Below are positions 7,599-15,794 of a DNA stretch of 24,000 nt, piece after piece. Below the pieces are notes generated by a model, which had not been told where the DNA came from, did not search any database, and worked only from the letters and a program-made list of their open reading frames with translations. The DNA lies in the NCBI GenBank assembly GCA_963665375.2, contig CAXXUL010000001.1, positions 613,938-637,937 of the forward strand, written 5' to 3'. Within the stretch, counting starts at the first letter, position 1, and each line of letters starts with the position of its first letter. Origin of the DNA: Christensenellaceae bacterium (GTDB lineage Bacteria > Bacillota > Clostridia > Christensenellales > CAG-138). The position numbers and the translations under genes were made by a program.

Positions 7599-9421
7599 GC
7601 CGGTTCCTCCGTCAGATTTTCGATGAGTGCGTCTGTGGTCAGGCCGCAAAACTGCCGCTGATGATTGACGCACGCTTGCGAAACCGGATCGTTCGGCACA
7701 CACATGCGAGTGACCGGAATCGGCGAAAGCGCTGCGCTCACACGAAGGCCGAGGCAATCCACGCCTTCCTCCATCACCACAACTTTCTTCACTGTCCGCT
7801 TGACCTGCTCCAGCATGTCTTCGTCCATCGGCTGCACGGTACGCGCGTTGACAAGCCCCACGCCGAGCTTTCGGCAAACGGGAATCGCCACGGCGACCAT
7901 CGCGCCCGTTGCGATCACCATCTTTTCTGAAATCGGCTCCATTATCTCCCAAACGCCTTTTTCGACCGGCTGGGCGGAGACCGCCTGCATCAGGCTTCCG
8001 CGCGGATAGCGCACCGCCGCGGGTTCTCCGCGCGAGATCGCAAGCTCGAGCATATGCACGAGTTCCTGCTGCGTCGCGGGCGAATAGATCGTCATATTCG
8101 GCATGGTGGATAAAAATGCCATGTCGTAAACACCCTGATGTGTCTCTCCGTCGTCTCCGACGAGTCCCGCGCGATCCACCGCTAATACGACGGGCAGTTT
8201 TTGCAGGCAGATATCGTGCAAAATTTGATCGTAACCGCGCTGCAAAAACGTAGAATAGATCGCGACCACGGGCTTGAGTCCACCGGCAGCCATGCCCGCC
8301 GCCATCGTCAGCGCATGCTCCTCCGCAATGCCAACGTCAAAGAAACGATCGGAAAAGCGCCCCGCAAACTCGGTCAGCCCGGTGCCGATCGGCATCGCGG
8401 CAGAGATAGCGACGATGTTGGGATCCTTTTGCGCAAGCGCGATCATCGCGTCCCCGAATACGCTGGAGTTGCTCTTTTTTAGCGCGTTCTCAATATCTCC
8501 GGTGTCGATGGAAAAGGGCGCTACACCGTGAAATTTCTCTGGATTTCGCTCGGAAAACGCATAGCCTTTGCCTTTTTGTGTGACGCAATGCACCAAAACA
8601 GGCACTTGAAGCTCTTTTGCGCGGAGAAACATTCGCGTGAGTTCGTCGATATCGTGTCCGTCGATCGGGCCGAGATAGAGAAAGCCCATATCCTCAAACA
8701 ACCGTTTCGGCATTAAAAAGTTCTTGATCCGGTTTTTGAAATTTTCCATGTGTCGCGAAAGCCAACGCCCAATGATTCCGGTATCGAGCGCACGAACCAG
8801 CCTCCGCTTGAAGCGCACGTACCATTCGCTGGAGCGCATGTTGACGAGCATATGATGCAGCGCGCCGACGTTGGGCGAAATCGACATCTCGTTGTCGTTG
8901 AGAATCACGATCAGCGGCACATCCGCCTGACCCGCGTCGTTGAGCCCTTCAAACGCCATTCCGCCCGTGAGCGCGCCATCGCCCACCAGCGCCACCGTAT
9001 AGCCGGGTTCGCCGCGGAGCTTCTTAGCGCGCGCCATGCCGAGCGCTGCGGAGATCGCGGTGGAAGCATGGCCCGTGTTGAAGTGATCGTGCTCGCTCTC
9101 TTCCCGCTTCGGAAAGCCGGAGAGTCCGTTCTCCTGGCGAAGTGTGCAAAACGCCTCTCTGCGTCCCGTGATGATCTTGTGCGCGTAAGCCTGATGCCCC
9201 ACGTCGAAGATAATTCGATCGACCGGGCTGTTAAACGCGCGATGCATGGCGATGGTCAGCTCGACGGCTCCAAGGCTGGAGGCGAGATGTCCCCCGCAGC
9301 GCGCGATGTTCTCAATCATATATTGGCGCATCTGCGCCGCAAGTGCGGGCAGCTCGCCTTCTTTTAATTTTTTAAAGTCCTCAAGTGAGTTCACTTTGTC
9401 GAGTACCGGATAACGATCCAT
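7595..9421 (-). CDS. dxs: 1-deoxy-D-xylulose-5-phosphate synthase
   Basis: Recognised from GGHLASSLGAVELTIAMH, DVGHQAYAHKIITGR, the thiamine-diphosphate motif GDGALTGGMAFEGLN...NDN, and IAEEHALTMAAGMA. The start is taken at MDRYPVLDKV (9421). An upstream in-frame ATG at 9493 cannot be excluded. Confidence 0.9.
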   Translation of the reverse strand: MDRYPVLDKVNSLEDFKKLKEGELPALAAQMRQYMIENIARCGGHLASSLGAVELTIAMHRAFNSPVDRIIFDVGHQAYAHKIITGRREAFCTLRQENGLSGFPKREESEHDHFNTGHASTAISAALGMARAKKLRGEPGYTVALVGDGALTGGMAFEGLNDAGQADVPLIVILNDNEMSISPNVGALHHMLVNMRSSEWYVRFKRRLVRALDTGIIGRWLSRHMENFKNRIKNFLMPKRLFEDMGFLYLGPIDGHDIDELTRMFLRAKELQVPVLVHCVTQKGKGYAFSERNPEKFHGVAPFSIDTGDIENALKKSNSSVFGDAMIALAQKDPNIVAISAAMPIGTGLTEFAGRFSDRFFDVGIAEEHALTMAAGMAAGGLKPVVAIYSTFLQRGYDQILHDICLQKLPVVLAVDRAGLVGDDGETHQGVYDMAFLSTMPNMTIYSPATQQELVHMLELAISRGEPAAVRYPRGSLMQAVSAQPVEKGVWEIMEPISEKMVIATGAMVAVAIPVCRKLGVGLVNARTVQPMDEDMLEQVKRTVKKVVVMEEGVDCLGLRVSAALSPIPVTRMCVPNDPVSQACVNHQRQFCGLTTDALIENLTEEPA

Positions 9422-9496
9422 TTCGATTTCTCTTCCCTGTTTGGTCTGCTTTTCTTTTGTATGCGGTTTCATGCCGGGTCTGTGTCTCATCATTCG

Positions 9497-10339
9497 TTAT
9501 GATTTTCTCGTCAGTGTATAGCTGATCAGCTCTATGAAAAACGCGGCGTCTCCGCCTACTGTTAAAACGGCTTCGCGCGCTTCCCGCGCGTATTGCTTAG
9601 TAAATTCCTTTGCGCGGTCCAACCCATAGATCGTAACAAACGTCGTTTTGCCCTCCTCCGCGTCCTTGCCGACGGATTTGCCGAGAACGGACGACTCGCC
9701 TTCAAAATCGAGAATATCATCCGTAATCTGAAACAGCATGCCGTATGCATCCGCAAAGCGCGTTAAAGCTTCCCGTTGCGCCGCGCTCGCGCCCGCGCAA
9801 GCAGCACCGGCACCGACCGCCGCGCGAAAGAGCGCGCCTGTTTTATAATCCTGAAGCTTTCGCAAAAGCGATTCGTCTCCGCCGCTGTTGACGTCCAGGC
9901 TTTGCCCCATCACCATTTCAAACGCGCCTTTGGAGATCGCGGTGAGCGCATCCGTATGCGGGCAGAGCGAGAGGGCATAGAACGCAAGCGAGAGAAGCCC
10001 GTCTCCCGCGAGGATGGCGTTCGCTTCTCCGAACGCTTTATGATTGCTGGGTTTACCTCTGCGCATATCGTCGTTGTCCATCGCGGGCAAATCGTCGTGA
10101 ATCAGCGAATATGTGTGAATCATCTCGAGCGCGCAGGCGGCAAGAAGCGCGTCCTGCGGCGTACCGCCACAAAGCTCGCAAGCTGCCATACAAAGCGCGG
10201 GGCGAATCCGTTTGCCGCCGGAAAACACGCTGTAAGCCATACTCTCCTGCAAGATTGGCGCATTCACGCTCTCGCCGAGCAGGTCGCCGAGTTTTTGCTC
10301 CGTCAGGTTGGAGTAATCGGTCAATCGTTCACTCAGCAT
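9497..10339 (-). CDS. ispA: Farnesyl/geranyl diphosphate synthase (short-chain polyprenyl synthase)
   Basis: The first aspartate-rich motif is LIHDDLPAMDNDDMRRG and the second is FQITDDILDF. The start at MLSERL (10339) overlaps the end of xseB by 11 nt. Confidence 0.85.
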   Translation of the reverse strand: MLSERLTDYSNLTEQKLGDLLGESVNAPILQESMAYSVFSGGKRIRPALCMAACELCGGTPQDALLAACALEMIHTYSLIHDDLPAMDNDDMRRGKPSNHKAFGEANAILAGDGLLSLAFYALSLCPHTDALTAISKGAFEMVMGQSLDVNSGGDESLLRKLQDYKTGALFRAAVGAGAACAGASAAQREALTRFADAYGMLFQITDDILDFEGESSVLGKSVGKDAEEGKTTFVTIYGLDRAKEFTKQYAREAREAVLTVGGDAAFFIELISYTLTRKS

Positions 10340-10541
10340 CGGTCTTATCCTCCGCCGAATCGCTGAGGCGGGTGATGGTCGCCTCGTATGCGTCAAGCTG
10401 CCGCTCGCACGATTTCACAAGCGTCATCCCCTCTTCATAGAGACGAATCATCTCATCCAGCGAGCCTTCCGCGCCCTCCAGCTTGTTTACAATATCCGAA
10501 AGCTTTTGCATCGCTTCTTCAAACTTTACCGACTGTTCCAT
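10329..10541 (-). CDS. xseB: Exodeoxyribonuclease VII small subunit
   Basis: The 70-aa ORF reads FEEAMQKLSDIVNKLEGAEGSLDEMIRLYEEGMTLVKSCERQL, the typical XseB helix-hairpin. A GGGAGGGG Shine-Dalgarno precedes it, and it lies immediately after xseA. Confidence 0.9.
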   Translation of the reverse strand: MEQSVKFEEAMQKLSDIVNKLEGAEGSLDEMIRLYEEGMTLVKSCERQLDAYEATITRLSDSAEDKTDAE

Positions 10542-10559
10542 ACCAATCCCCTCCCAACA

Positions 10560-11783
10560 TCAGTTTCCGGCTTCTTTGCGCACGTGTTCAATCCGCGCGT
10601 CCGCCATGCCGTCGTGCATGCAAATTGCAACCCGATCTCCCGTTTGCATCGATGCAACTCCGCCGATCGCGCGTCCGTTTTCATCCGTTAAAATCGCGTA
10701 TCCACGCTCCAGCACCGCAGAGGGATCCAACGCGCGCAGTTGAGCCAGCAGCTGGTTCAACTCCACTCTTGCGCTCGCAATACGTTCCTTCACACCGCGA
10801 TACGCAAGCTCCCGCGCGTTATCCAGCGACTGCCGTTCACTCATGAGTCTGTTTTCCATCAAGCGAAACGCTTTCGCCGAGGCGAAGAGCTTCACGTTCG
10901 CGCGCATGCGTTCCACGCGCGATTGCAGCGCGCGGCTCATCCTCCTGCTTTGCAAATGCACGGCTTCGTAAACGGCGTCCATCTCTGGTACGGCGAGTTC
11001 CGCCGCGGCGGAAGGCGTTGGCGCGCGCAGATCCGCCACAAAATCCGCAATGGTGAAGTCCGTTTCATGCCCGATCGCGCTGATGACGGGTATTTCGCTC
11101 TCAAAAATTGCTTCCGCGACGATCGGTTCGTTGAACGCCCAGAGGTCCTCCATACTGCCGCCGCCGCGACCGACGATCAGCACATCCGCCGCGTTTTTCT
11201 GGTTCATCTGGCGAATGGCTTTTGCGATCTCCTCCGCGGCGCCCGTGCCCTGCACGCGAACACTCGCGACGACGACCGGCATGCGCGGAAACCTGCGGCT
11301 GATGATGTTCAATATATCCTGCACCGCAGCGCCCGTTCCGCTGGTGACCACGCCGATTTTGCGCGGTAAAAACGGAATCGGCCGCTTGCGCGCTTCGTCA
11401 AACCAGCCGCGCTCTTCGAGCTCCTTTTTGAGCTTGAGAAAGCGCAGATACATCTCGCCTTCACCGCTCTTCTTGAGATAGTTGGCGTAGAGCTGGAATG
11501 AACCGTCTTTCTCATAGAGCGAGGCTTTGCCGTAGAGAAGCACCTGCATGCCGTCCTGCGGCTGAAAATTGAGGCGCATTGCCTGCTGGCGAAACATGAC
11601 ACAGCGCACGAGCGCGTTTTCGTCCTTGAGCGAAAAATAGAGGTGCCCGGACGAATGCCGCTTAAACCCGCTGATCTCTCCGCTGACCCGCAGATCGCAA
11701 AGATTTGGATCGTTGGAGAGCACGAGCGAAACGTATTCATTGAGTTCGCTCACGCGAAAAACAGGTGTTATCGCCTGTTCCAT
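10560..11783 (-). CDS. xseA: Exodeoxyribonuclease VII large subunit
   Basis: VSELNEYVSLVL...VSGEISGFKRHSSGHLYFSLKD is the OB-fold N-terminus. IGVVTSGTGAAVQDI and RGGGSMEDLWAFNE are also present. The ATG at 11783 has a GGGAGGTG Shine-Dalgarno 6 nt upstream; the track's GTG start is part of that Shine-Dalgarno. Confidence 0.9.
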   Translation of the reverse strand: MEQAITPVFRVSELNEYVSLVLSNDPNLCDLRVSGEISGFKRHSSGHLYFSLKDENALVRCVMFRQQAMRLNFQPQDGMQVLLYGKASLYEKDGSFQLYANYLKKSGEGEMYLRFLKLKKELEERGWFDEARKRPIPFLPRKIGVVTSGTGAAVQDILNIISRRFPRMPVVVASVRVQGTGAAEEIAKAIRQMNQKNAADVLIVGRGGGSMEDLWAFNEPIVAEAIFESEIPVISAIGHETDFTIADFVADLRAPTPSAAAELAVPEMDAVYEAVHLQSRRMSRALQSRVERMRANVKLFASAKAFRLMENRLMSERQSLDNARELAYRGVKERIASARVELNQLLAQLRALDPSAVLERGYAILTDENGRAIGGVASMQTGDRVAICMHDGMADARIEHVRKEAGN

Positions 11784-11830
11784 CCCGCTCACCTCCCGAC
11801 TTCCGATCCTTCTATCAACGCAAAAATGCG

Positions 11831-12775
11831 TTAGTTGTCAAAATAATCTCGCGCCAGAAGCGCGCTTCCAACCGCATTGTCGGAAGAAAGTCCGCTTTGT
11901 GCGTAAAACAGCTCGGTCTTCATCCGCTGACGCAGCAGTTCCCGCAAAAGCAAGCTACCCGAAACGCCGCCGGAGAGCAGCGCGGTCTTGCAGCCGGTCT
12001 TGGCAAACGCATTTGTGAGCATCTTTGAAAACGTGCGCGCCATGCAGTCATAGACCGCATACGCGATCGATTCTTTTGCGGCACCACTCTCGATGAGTCG
12101 CTGGCACTGGCTCTCCTGACCGGAAAACGAGCAGTTGAGCGTTTTTACGCTGGCGGGCAGCTTGATCGAGTGGTCCGTCGCCGCTTGCGCGAGCGTCTCC
12201 AGCGCAACGCCGCTGGGGAACGGAAGGCCCAGTCGAACGCCGATGCGATCGACAAACTGTCCCGCGTGGAGATCGTCGCAACCGCCGATTCGCTCGATGG
12301 TTCCAATCTGGCCATGTTCGCAGTGTACGAACAGTAAATCCGTCGTACCGCCGGAGAGGTGCATCCCGAGGAACGGCGCTTCGGCAAAGCGCTCTTCCTG
12401 TCCAAGCAGCGCGGCGCGCACATGCCCAGCCTGATGCGTGGTTTCCAACAGCGGCACCCCCAGCGAAGACGCGATGGAGGTTGCGGCAAGTTTGCCAGCA
12501 AGGAATACGGGCATATACGATTGCTCCGCGGCAGTCGGTTTCGCGCTCACCGCAACCGCACGAACCTGCGCGCGATCGATCTCGTCCAGCATGGCGGTAA
12601 CGAGTGGTGGCAGATTCCGCACGTGCTGAAACACCGCGTCGCTCTGCCTGAGTCCGCGCTCTCCTAACGGGACAGAAAGCATCGTTCTCCGTTCGAAAAC
12701 GATGCCTTCGTTTGATACACAAGATACGGACGTCGTATAATTGCTGGTATCGACGCCCAGATATAACCCGTTCAC
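11831..12775 (-). CDS. TsaD/Kae1-like ASKHA-fold protein (glycoprotease / peptidase M22 family paralogue), function unknown
   Basis: The 314-aa ORF aligns by eye with TsaD along its whole length. Shared blocks are GVDTSNYTTS (compare GIETSCDET), THQAGH (compare HHMEGH), LHLSGGTTDL (compare LVSGGHT), DDLHAGQFVDRIGVRLGL (compare DDAAGEAFDK), LSGGVSGS (compare GGVSAN) and SSDNAVG (compare CTDNGAM). The GTG start overlaps the nusB stop as GTGA, with an AAGGAGA Shine-Dalgarno upstream. Confidence 0.6.
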   Translation of the reverse strand: MNGLYLGVDTSNYTTSVSCVSNEGIVFERRTMLSVPLGERGLRQSDAVFQHVRNLPPLVTAMLDEIDRAQVRAVAVSAKPTAAEQSYMPVFLAGKLAATSIASSLGVPLLETTHQAGHVRAALLGQEERFAEAPFLGMHLSGGTTDLLFVHCEHGQIGTIERIGGCDDLHAGQFVDRIGVRLGLPFPSGVALETLAQAATDHSIKLPASVKTLNCSFSGQESQCQRLIESGAAKESIAYAVYDCMARTFSKMLTNAFAKTGCKTALLSGGVSGSLLLRELLRQRMKTELFYAQSGLSSDNAVGSALLARDYFDN

Positions 12776-13185
12776 GGAGAGACAATCTCCTTTGCAACGC
12801 TGCCGAGAATGCCGTTGACAAAGGCATAGGAGCGCTCGCCGCCGTAGCGTTTCGCGAGCTCCACCGCCTCGTTGATGGCTGCCCCTGTCGGTACGTCTTC
12901 CTTACGGTAGAGCATTTCGTAGATCGCTACGCGTAAAATGCTCAAATCCACCCGCGCAATGCGGTCGATCATCCAGTCCTTTGAATAGCGGCTGACAAAT
13001 TCGTCGATCTCTTCGGTATGCGCGCGTACGCCATCCAGCATCTGGCTGACGTAGAGTAAGTCCTCCTCGTCCAGTGTGCCGAGAAGCTCCGCTTTCTCGC
13101 AGACATGTTCGGGGGTATCCTCTCCGCCCAACAGATTGGAAAAGTGCATCATCATTGCGACTTCGCGCGCGGTCGTTCTGCTCAT
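12772..13185 (-). CDS. nusB: Transcription antitermination factor NusB
   Basis: The 137-aa ORF reads MSRTTAREVAMMMHF... and contains DRIARVDLSILRVAIYEM and INEAVELAKRYGGERSYAFVNGILG, the canonical NusB blocks. Confidence 0.9.
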   Translation of the reverse strand: MSRTTAREVAMMMHFSNLLGGEDTPEHVCEKAELLGTLDEEDLLYVSQMLDGVRAHTEEIDEFVSRYSKDWMIDRIARVDLSILRVAIYEMLYRKEDVPTGAAINEAVELAKRYGGERSYAFVNGILGSVAKEIVSP

Positions 13186-13215
13186 GGTCGATCGAATTCC
13201 AGTCTATAAATTAGT

Positions 13216-13434
13216 TTATTTTTTCGAAAACAATTTTGTAAAAAATTCTTTGATTCCTTCCGGTCCGCTCTGATCGAGCAGATAACCAACGAGAAAGCAA
13301 AGCGCGAGGATCACGAGCAGTAGCAGCGTGCGCCAGAATCCAATCGTGAAAAAAAGAATCGCAAGTACAAGCCCCAGTGCAACAAACAGCACAGTAAACT
13401 TGTGATTCTTCACAAACTCTAAAAACGCATTCAT
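13216..13434 (-). CDS. Small two-TM membrane protein (DUF2273-like, commonly linked to asp23/amaP)
   Basis: The 72-aa product is MNAFLEFVKNHKFTVLFVALGLVLAILFFTIGFWRTLLLLVILALCFLVGYLLD..., with two clear hydrophobic helices. A GAGGCAG Shine-Dalgarno is present, and the gene lies directly after amaP. The track's longer 97-aa form overlaps amaP. Confidence 0.55.
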   Translation of the reverse strand: MNAFLEFVKNHKFTVLFVALGLVLAILFFTIGFWRTLLLLVILALCFLVGYLLDQSGPEGIKEFFTKLFSKK

Positions 13435-13444
13435 GGTTACTGCC

Positions 13445-14017
13445 TCATTCCACGCGGGAAACGGCGGTCGTTGCCGCAACAGGCGCCGCACTCTCCACCA
13501 GAACGCCAATCTCGTTGACCGTAATGCCGGTGAGCGACTCGACGTTTTCTTTGAGTGATTTTTGCAGCTCGCTCGAGAGCGTCACCACATCCGTATCCGG
13601 CAGCACGCAGAGGCGGATGCCGATGGTTACGCCGGTCTCTGTGGATTGCAGCGTGGTGTGAACATCCTTCACGCGGGAAACCGCGCGGCAGTGTTTCTGC
13701 ACCATGCTGTCGATCGCTTCGAGTGAAATGTAGGTTCCGCCAAACTCCGTCTGTTTCATCAGTGCGGAGGCAGGACGCGCATCCGCTTTTTTGCCTTTCC
13801 CGGCAAAAAGCAATTTGATGCTGATGAGTAGCAGCACAAGACCGCTTCCTGCAAGGATCAGCGCGTTTTCACGGAACATGTAGAACAGCGAGACGAAACC
13901 CGTTGCCATTTCTTGCGGAATCAGATTCGCCGCGATGCCAAAGAGCACAAAGGAAACAAGGATTGCCGCAATGAGCAGTATTCCTAATAAAATGCGATCA
14001 AAAACCTTGAGTTTCAT
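13445..14017 (-). CDS. amaP: Alkaline shock response membrane anchor protein AmaP
   Basis: The 190-aa ORF has two N-terminal TM helices (ILLGILLIAAILVSFVLFGIAA and ALILAGSGLVLLLISIKLLF). These are followed by an Asp23-like soluble domain. The gene lies directly downstream of an asp23-family gene. Confidence 0.65.
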   Translation of the reverse strand: MKLKVFDRILLGILLIAAILVSFVLFGIAANLIPQEMATGFVSLFYMFRENALILAGSGLVLLLISIKLLFAGKGKKADARPASALMKQTEFGGTYISLEAIDSMVQKHCRAVSRVKDVHTTLQSTETGVTIGIRLCVLPDTDVVTLSSELQKSLKENVESLTGITVNEIGVLVESAAPVAATTAVSRVE

Positions 14018-14041
14018 AAGCTGTAAAACCCCTTTTCATCC

Positions 14042-14062
14042 ACCGGGATTTAGTTTCCCGGT
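14042..14062 (-). other. Small stem-loop (ACCGGGA / TCCCGGT, 7-nt loop) just upstream of the amaP ribosome-binding site
   Basis: Read directly from the sequence in the 135-bp asp23-amaP spacer. Confidence 0.3.
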
Positions 14063-14103
14063 ATGGCAGATCGACTTGAAAAGTTCTTAAACCGCGTTTA
14101 TCC

Positions 14104-14139
14104 TGCAAAACGGGCGGAAGCGTATCCGCCCGTTTTGCA
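14104..14139 (-). terminator. Perfect 15-bp stem-loop after the asp23-family gene (possible partial terminator or mRNA-stabilising hairpin)
   Basis: TGCAAAACGGGCGGA (14104-14118) pairs perfectly with TCCGCCCGTTTTGCA (14125-14139) across a 6-nt loop. It sits 14 nt after the asp23 stop. No clean U-tract follows on the minus strand, so a terminator function is uncertain. Confidence 0.4.
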
Positions 14140-14152
14140 AGCAAATCCGGTT

Positions 14153-14668
14153 TTACTTCACGCGCGGCGGCTCCGGCTCGACAATCTCTGCCGTGACCTG
14201 CAACGCTTCCTTTTCTTTTTCCTTTTCCTTCGCTTTTTCCTTGCGCTTTTCCGCGCGCGTATTGCCTTGATCCGCAGCTTCAAACACAACGCTCTGTACA
14301 AAAACATTGACCTCTACTACGCGTAGGCCTGTCATGTTTTCGATGGCGCTCTTGACCGCATTTTGAATCGTCTCGCAAACTTCCTTGATCTTGTAACCGT
14401 AGCGAATGCTGACGGAAACATCTACGGCGGCCTCTTCCTGCCCAACCTCGACCTTGATGCCCTTGGTTAAATTCTTCTTGCCGAGCATTTCGGTAATGCC
14501 CTCTACCATTCCGCCGCTGAGTGCGGAAACACCTTCTACATCAGAAACCGCGAGAGAGGCGATTGTTGCGACGACTTCGTCCGCAAACAGAATACGACCG
14601 CCCTCCGCTTCGACTTTGGAAACCTCGGTTTTTGAAACTTCGGTGCCGGCCTTTTTTTCTTCAGACAT
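14153..14668 (-). CDS. Asp23/Gls24-family envelope stress protein with a Lys/Glu-rich C-terminal tail
   Basis: ILFADEVVATIASLAVSDVEGV...KGIKVEVGQEEAAVDVSVSIRYGYKIKEVCETIQNAVKSAIENMTGLRVVEVNVFV is the DUF322/Asp23 core. The ATG at 14668 (MSEEKK) has a GGAGGTG Shine-Dalgarno 5 nt upstream. Confidence 0.85.
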   Translation of the reverse strand: MSEEKKAGTEVSKTEVSKVEAEGGRILFADEVVATIASLAVSDVEGVSALSGGMVEGITEMLGKKNLTKGIKVEVGQEEAAVDVSVSIRYGYKIKEVCETIQNAVKSAIENMTGLRVVEVNVFVQSVVFEAADQGNTRAEKRKEKAKEKEKEKEALQVTAEIVEPEPPRVK

Positions 14669-14697
14669 ATGCACACCTCCATTCTTGATTACCAAAA

Positions 14698-14726
14698 ATT
14701 ATATCGCATGCCGGATAGGATGTAAA
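14698..14726 (-). promoter_or_regulatory. Sigma-A-type promoter of the asp23...spo0A gene array (TTTACA-17 nt-TATAAT)
   Basis: The minus strand reads GCATATTTACATCCTATCCGGCATGCGATATAATTTTTGG. The -35 is at 14726..14721 and the consensus -10 at 14703..14698. The promoter lies about 30 nt upstream of the asp23 start codon. Confidence 0.55.
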
Positions 14727-14985
14727 TATGCAAAGCGCCCGCCTTGTTACCCACGCGTGAACGCTTTGCGGCTTATTGGTGGCATTTGCAGATGAATTGG
14801 ACATATCCTTGCGTTAAAATCCCTTTTCGCTCTGACTCTGCCTGTATGTAGGCGCAGCGTTTACTTTCGCGCGCTTTGCCAGTATACGCATTTATTCATC
14901 GAAAGGCAACCCTTTTTCTCTGTATGACACACACTTTGTCGGACAAAACGCGTGTTGCATGACAAAACTATGGATCCGGATTGTT

Positions 14986-15009
14986 CATTTGTATATTTGT
15001 ATACAAATG
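14986..15009. promoter_or_regulatory. Candidate GntR-family operator: CATTTGTATA-TTTG-TATACAAATG, containing the perfect 14-bp palindrome ATTTGTATACAAAT
   Basis: The perfect inverted repeat is read directly from the sequence. Its TTGTATACAA core fits the generic GntR/FadR-type GT-Nx-AC operator pattern. It abuts the predicted promoter of the GntR gene. Confidence 0.45.
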
Positions 15010-15010
15010 C

Positions 15011-15039
15011 TTGTATTTTGCGTATAAAACCGCTACACT
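15011..15039 (+). promoter_or_regulatory. Putative promoter of the GntR gene (TTGTAT-17 nt-TACACT)
   Basis: The hexamers are at 15011-15016 and 15034-15039 with a 17-nt spacer. The -35 hexamer is itself a third copy of the TTGTAT operator half-site. Confidence 0.35.
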
Positions 15040-15117
15040 GAAGGCAGGAATTGAGCGTAACAGTTCCTCTTTTCTATCGTATGCGCGCACCACTTCGTGC
15101 CGCGAAAGAGAGTTATC

Positions 15118-15771
15118 ATGAACGGAATGTATGAGAATAAAGACTACGGCTCGTTATCGGAAAAAGTATATCGCTTTTTACGGGACGGGATTGCCGAAGG
15201 TCGCTATCAAACTGGCGATTGTCTGATTGAAATGAAGATCGCAGAGGAGTTAGGTGTAAGCCGCACGCCCGTGCGCGAGGCGCTCAAGCAGCTTGAGCTG
15301 GAAGACCTGGTCTCCTCGCACCCCAATCGTGGCGTGGTCGTCAAAGGCTTCACCACGGAAGATTTGCAGGACGTTTCCACCATTCGCCATCTGCTTGAAG
15401 GTCAGGCAGCCTATTGGGCGGCGCAGAGGGTCACGGATGAGCAGCTCAAGGAGCTGCGCGAAGTGGTGGAGCTCATGGAGTTTTACACCGCAAAAAACGA
15501 CATAGCGCATCTTGTTGCGCTTGATACGCGGTTTCACGAGCTGATCTATGAGGCGAGCGGCAGCCGTACAATTCGCCATATCTTAGCATCGCTGCATCAT
15601 AATATTCGCAAAGCACGCCAAAGCTCGCTGACCCTGCCTGACCGCGCGCCGAATTCGCTGGCGGAGCACCTGAGCATTTTTCAGGCGATCGAGCGAAAAG
15701 ACGCGCTCGCGGCAAAAGAGCAGATGGAAGCGCATGTTGCAATTGCAGCGGGAAACCGGCTGAACGAATAA
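15118..15771 (+). CDS. GntR-family transcriptional regulator, FadR/FCD subfamily
   Basis: The N-terminal winged helix-turn-helix is LSEKVYRFLRDGIAEGRYQTGDCLIEMKIAEELGVSRTPVREALKQLELEDLV. The C-terminal FCD-type helices include DTRFHELIYEASGS and EHLSIFQAI. The ATG at 15118 is preferred over the in-frame GTG at 15097. Confidence 0.85.
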   Translation: MNGMYENKDYGSLSEKVYRFLRDGIAEGRYQTGDCLIEMKIAEELGVSRTPVREALKQLELEDLVSSHPNRGVVVKGFTTEDLQDVSTIRHLLEGQAAYWAAQRVTDEQLKELREVVELMEFYTAKNDIAHLVALDTRFHELIYEASGSRTIRHILASLHHNIRKARQSSLTLPDRAPNSLAEHLSIFQAIERKDALAAKEQMEAHVAIAAGNRLNE

Positions 15772-15794
15772 CAGCCGCACTCCCGCTTTTTTTT
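15748..15794 (+). terminator. Rho-independent terminator straddling the GntR stop codon
   Basis: GCGGGA (15748-53) pairs with TCCCGC (15781-86), and CGGCTG (15757-62) pairs with CAGCCG (15772-77). There is a 3x3 internal loop, and the TAA stop lies in the apical loop. Eight consecutive T residues follow (15787-15794). Confidence 0.65.

Noticed and set aside
7599-7952. A 118-codon N-terminal extension of the tlyA ORF (track ORF 6786..7952)
   Set aside because: The extension overlaps the 3' end of dxs out of frame and is Gly/Arg-rich. The TlyA S4 domain begins exactly at the internal ATG (7598), which forms an ATGA overlap with the dxs stop.
12048-12827. A 259-aa minus-strand ORF overlapping the TsaD-like gene and the end of nusB in another frame
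   Set aside because: The composition is Arg-rich and nonsense-like, and the TsaD-like frame shows family-wide motif conservation instead.
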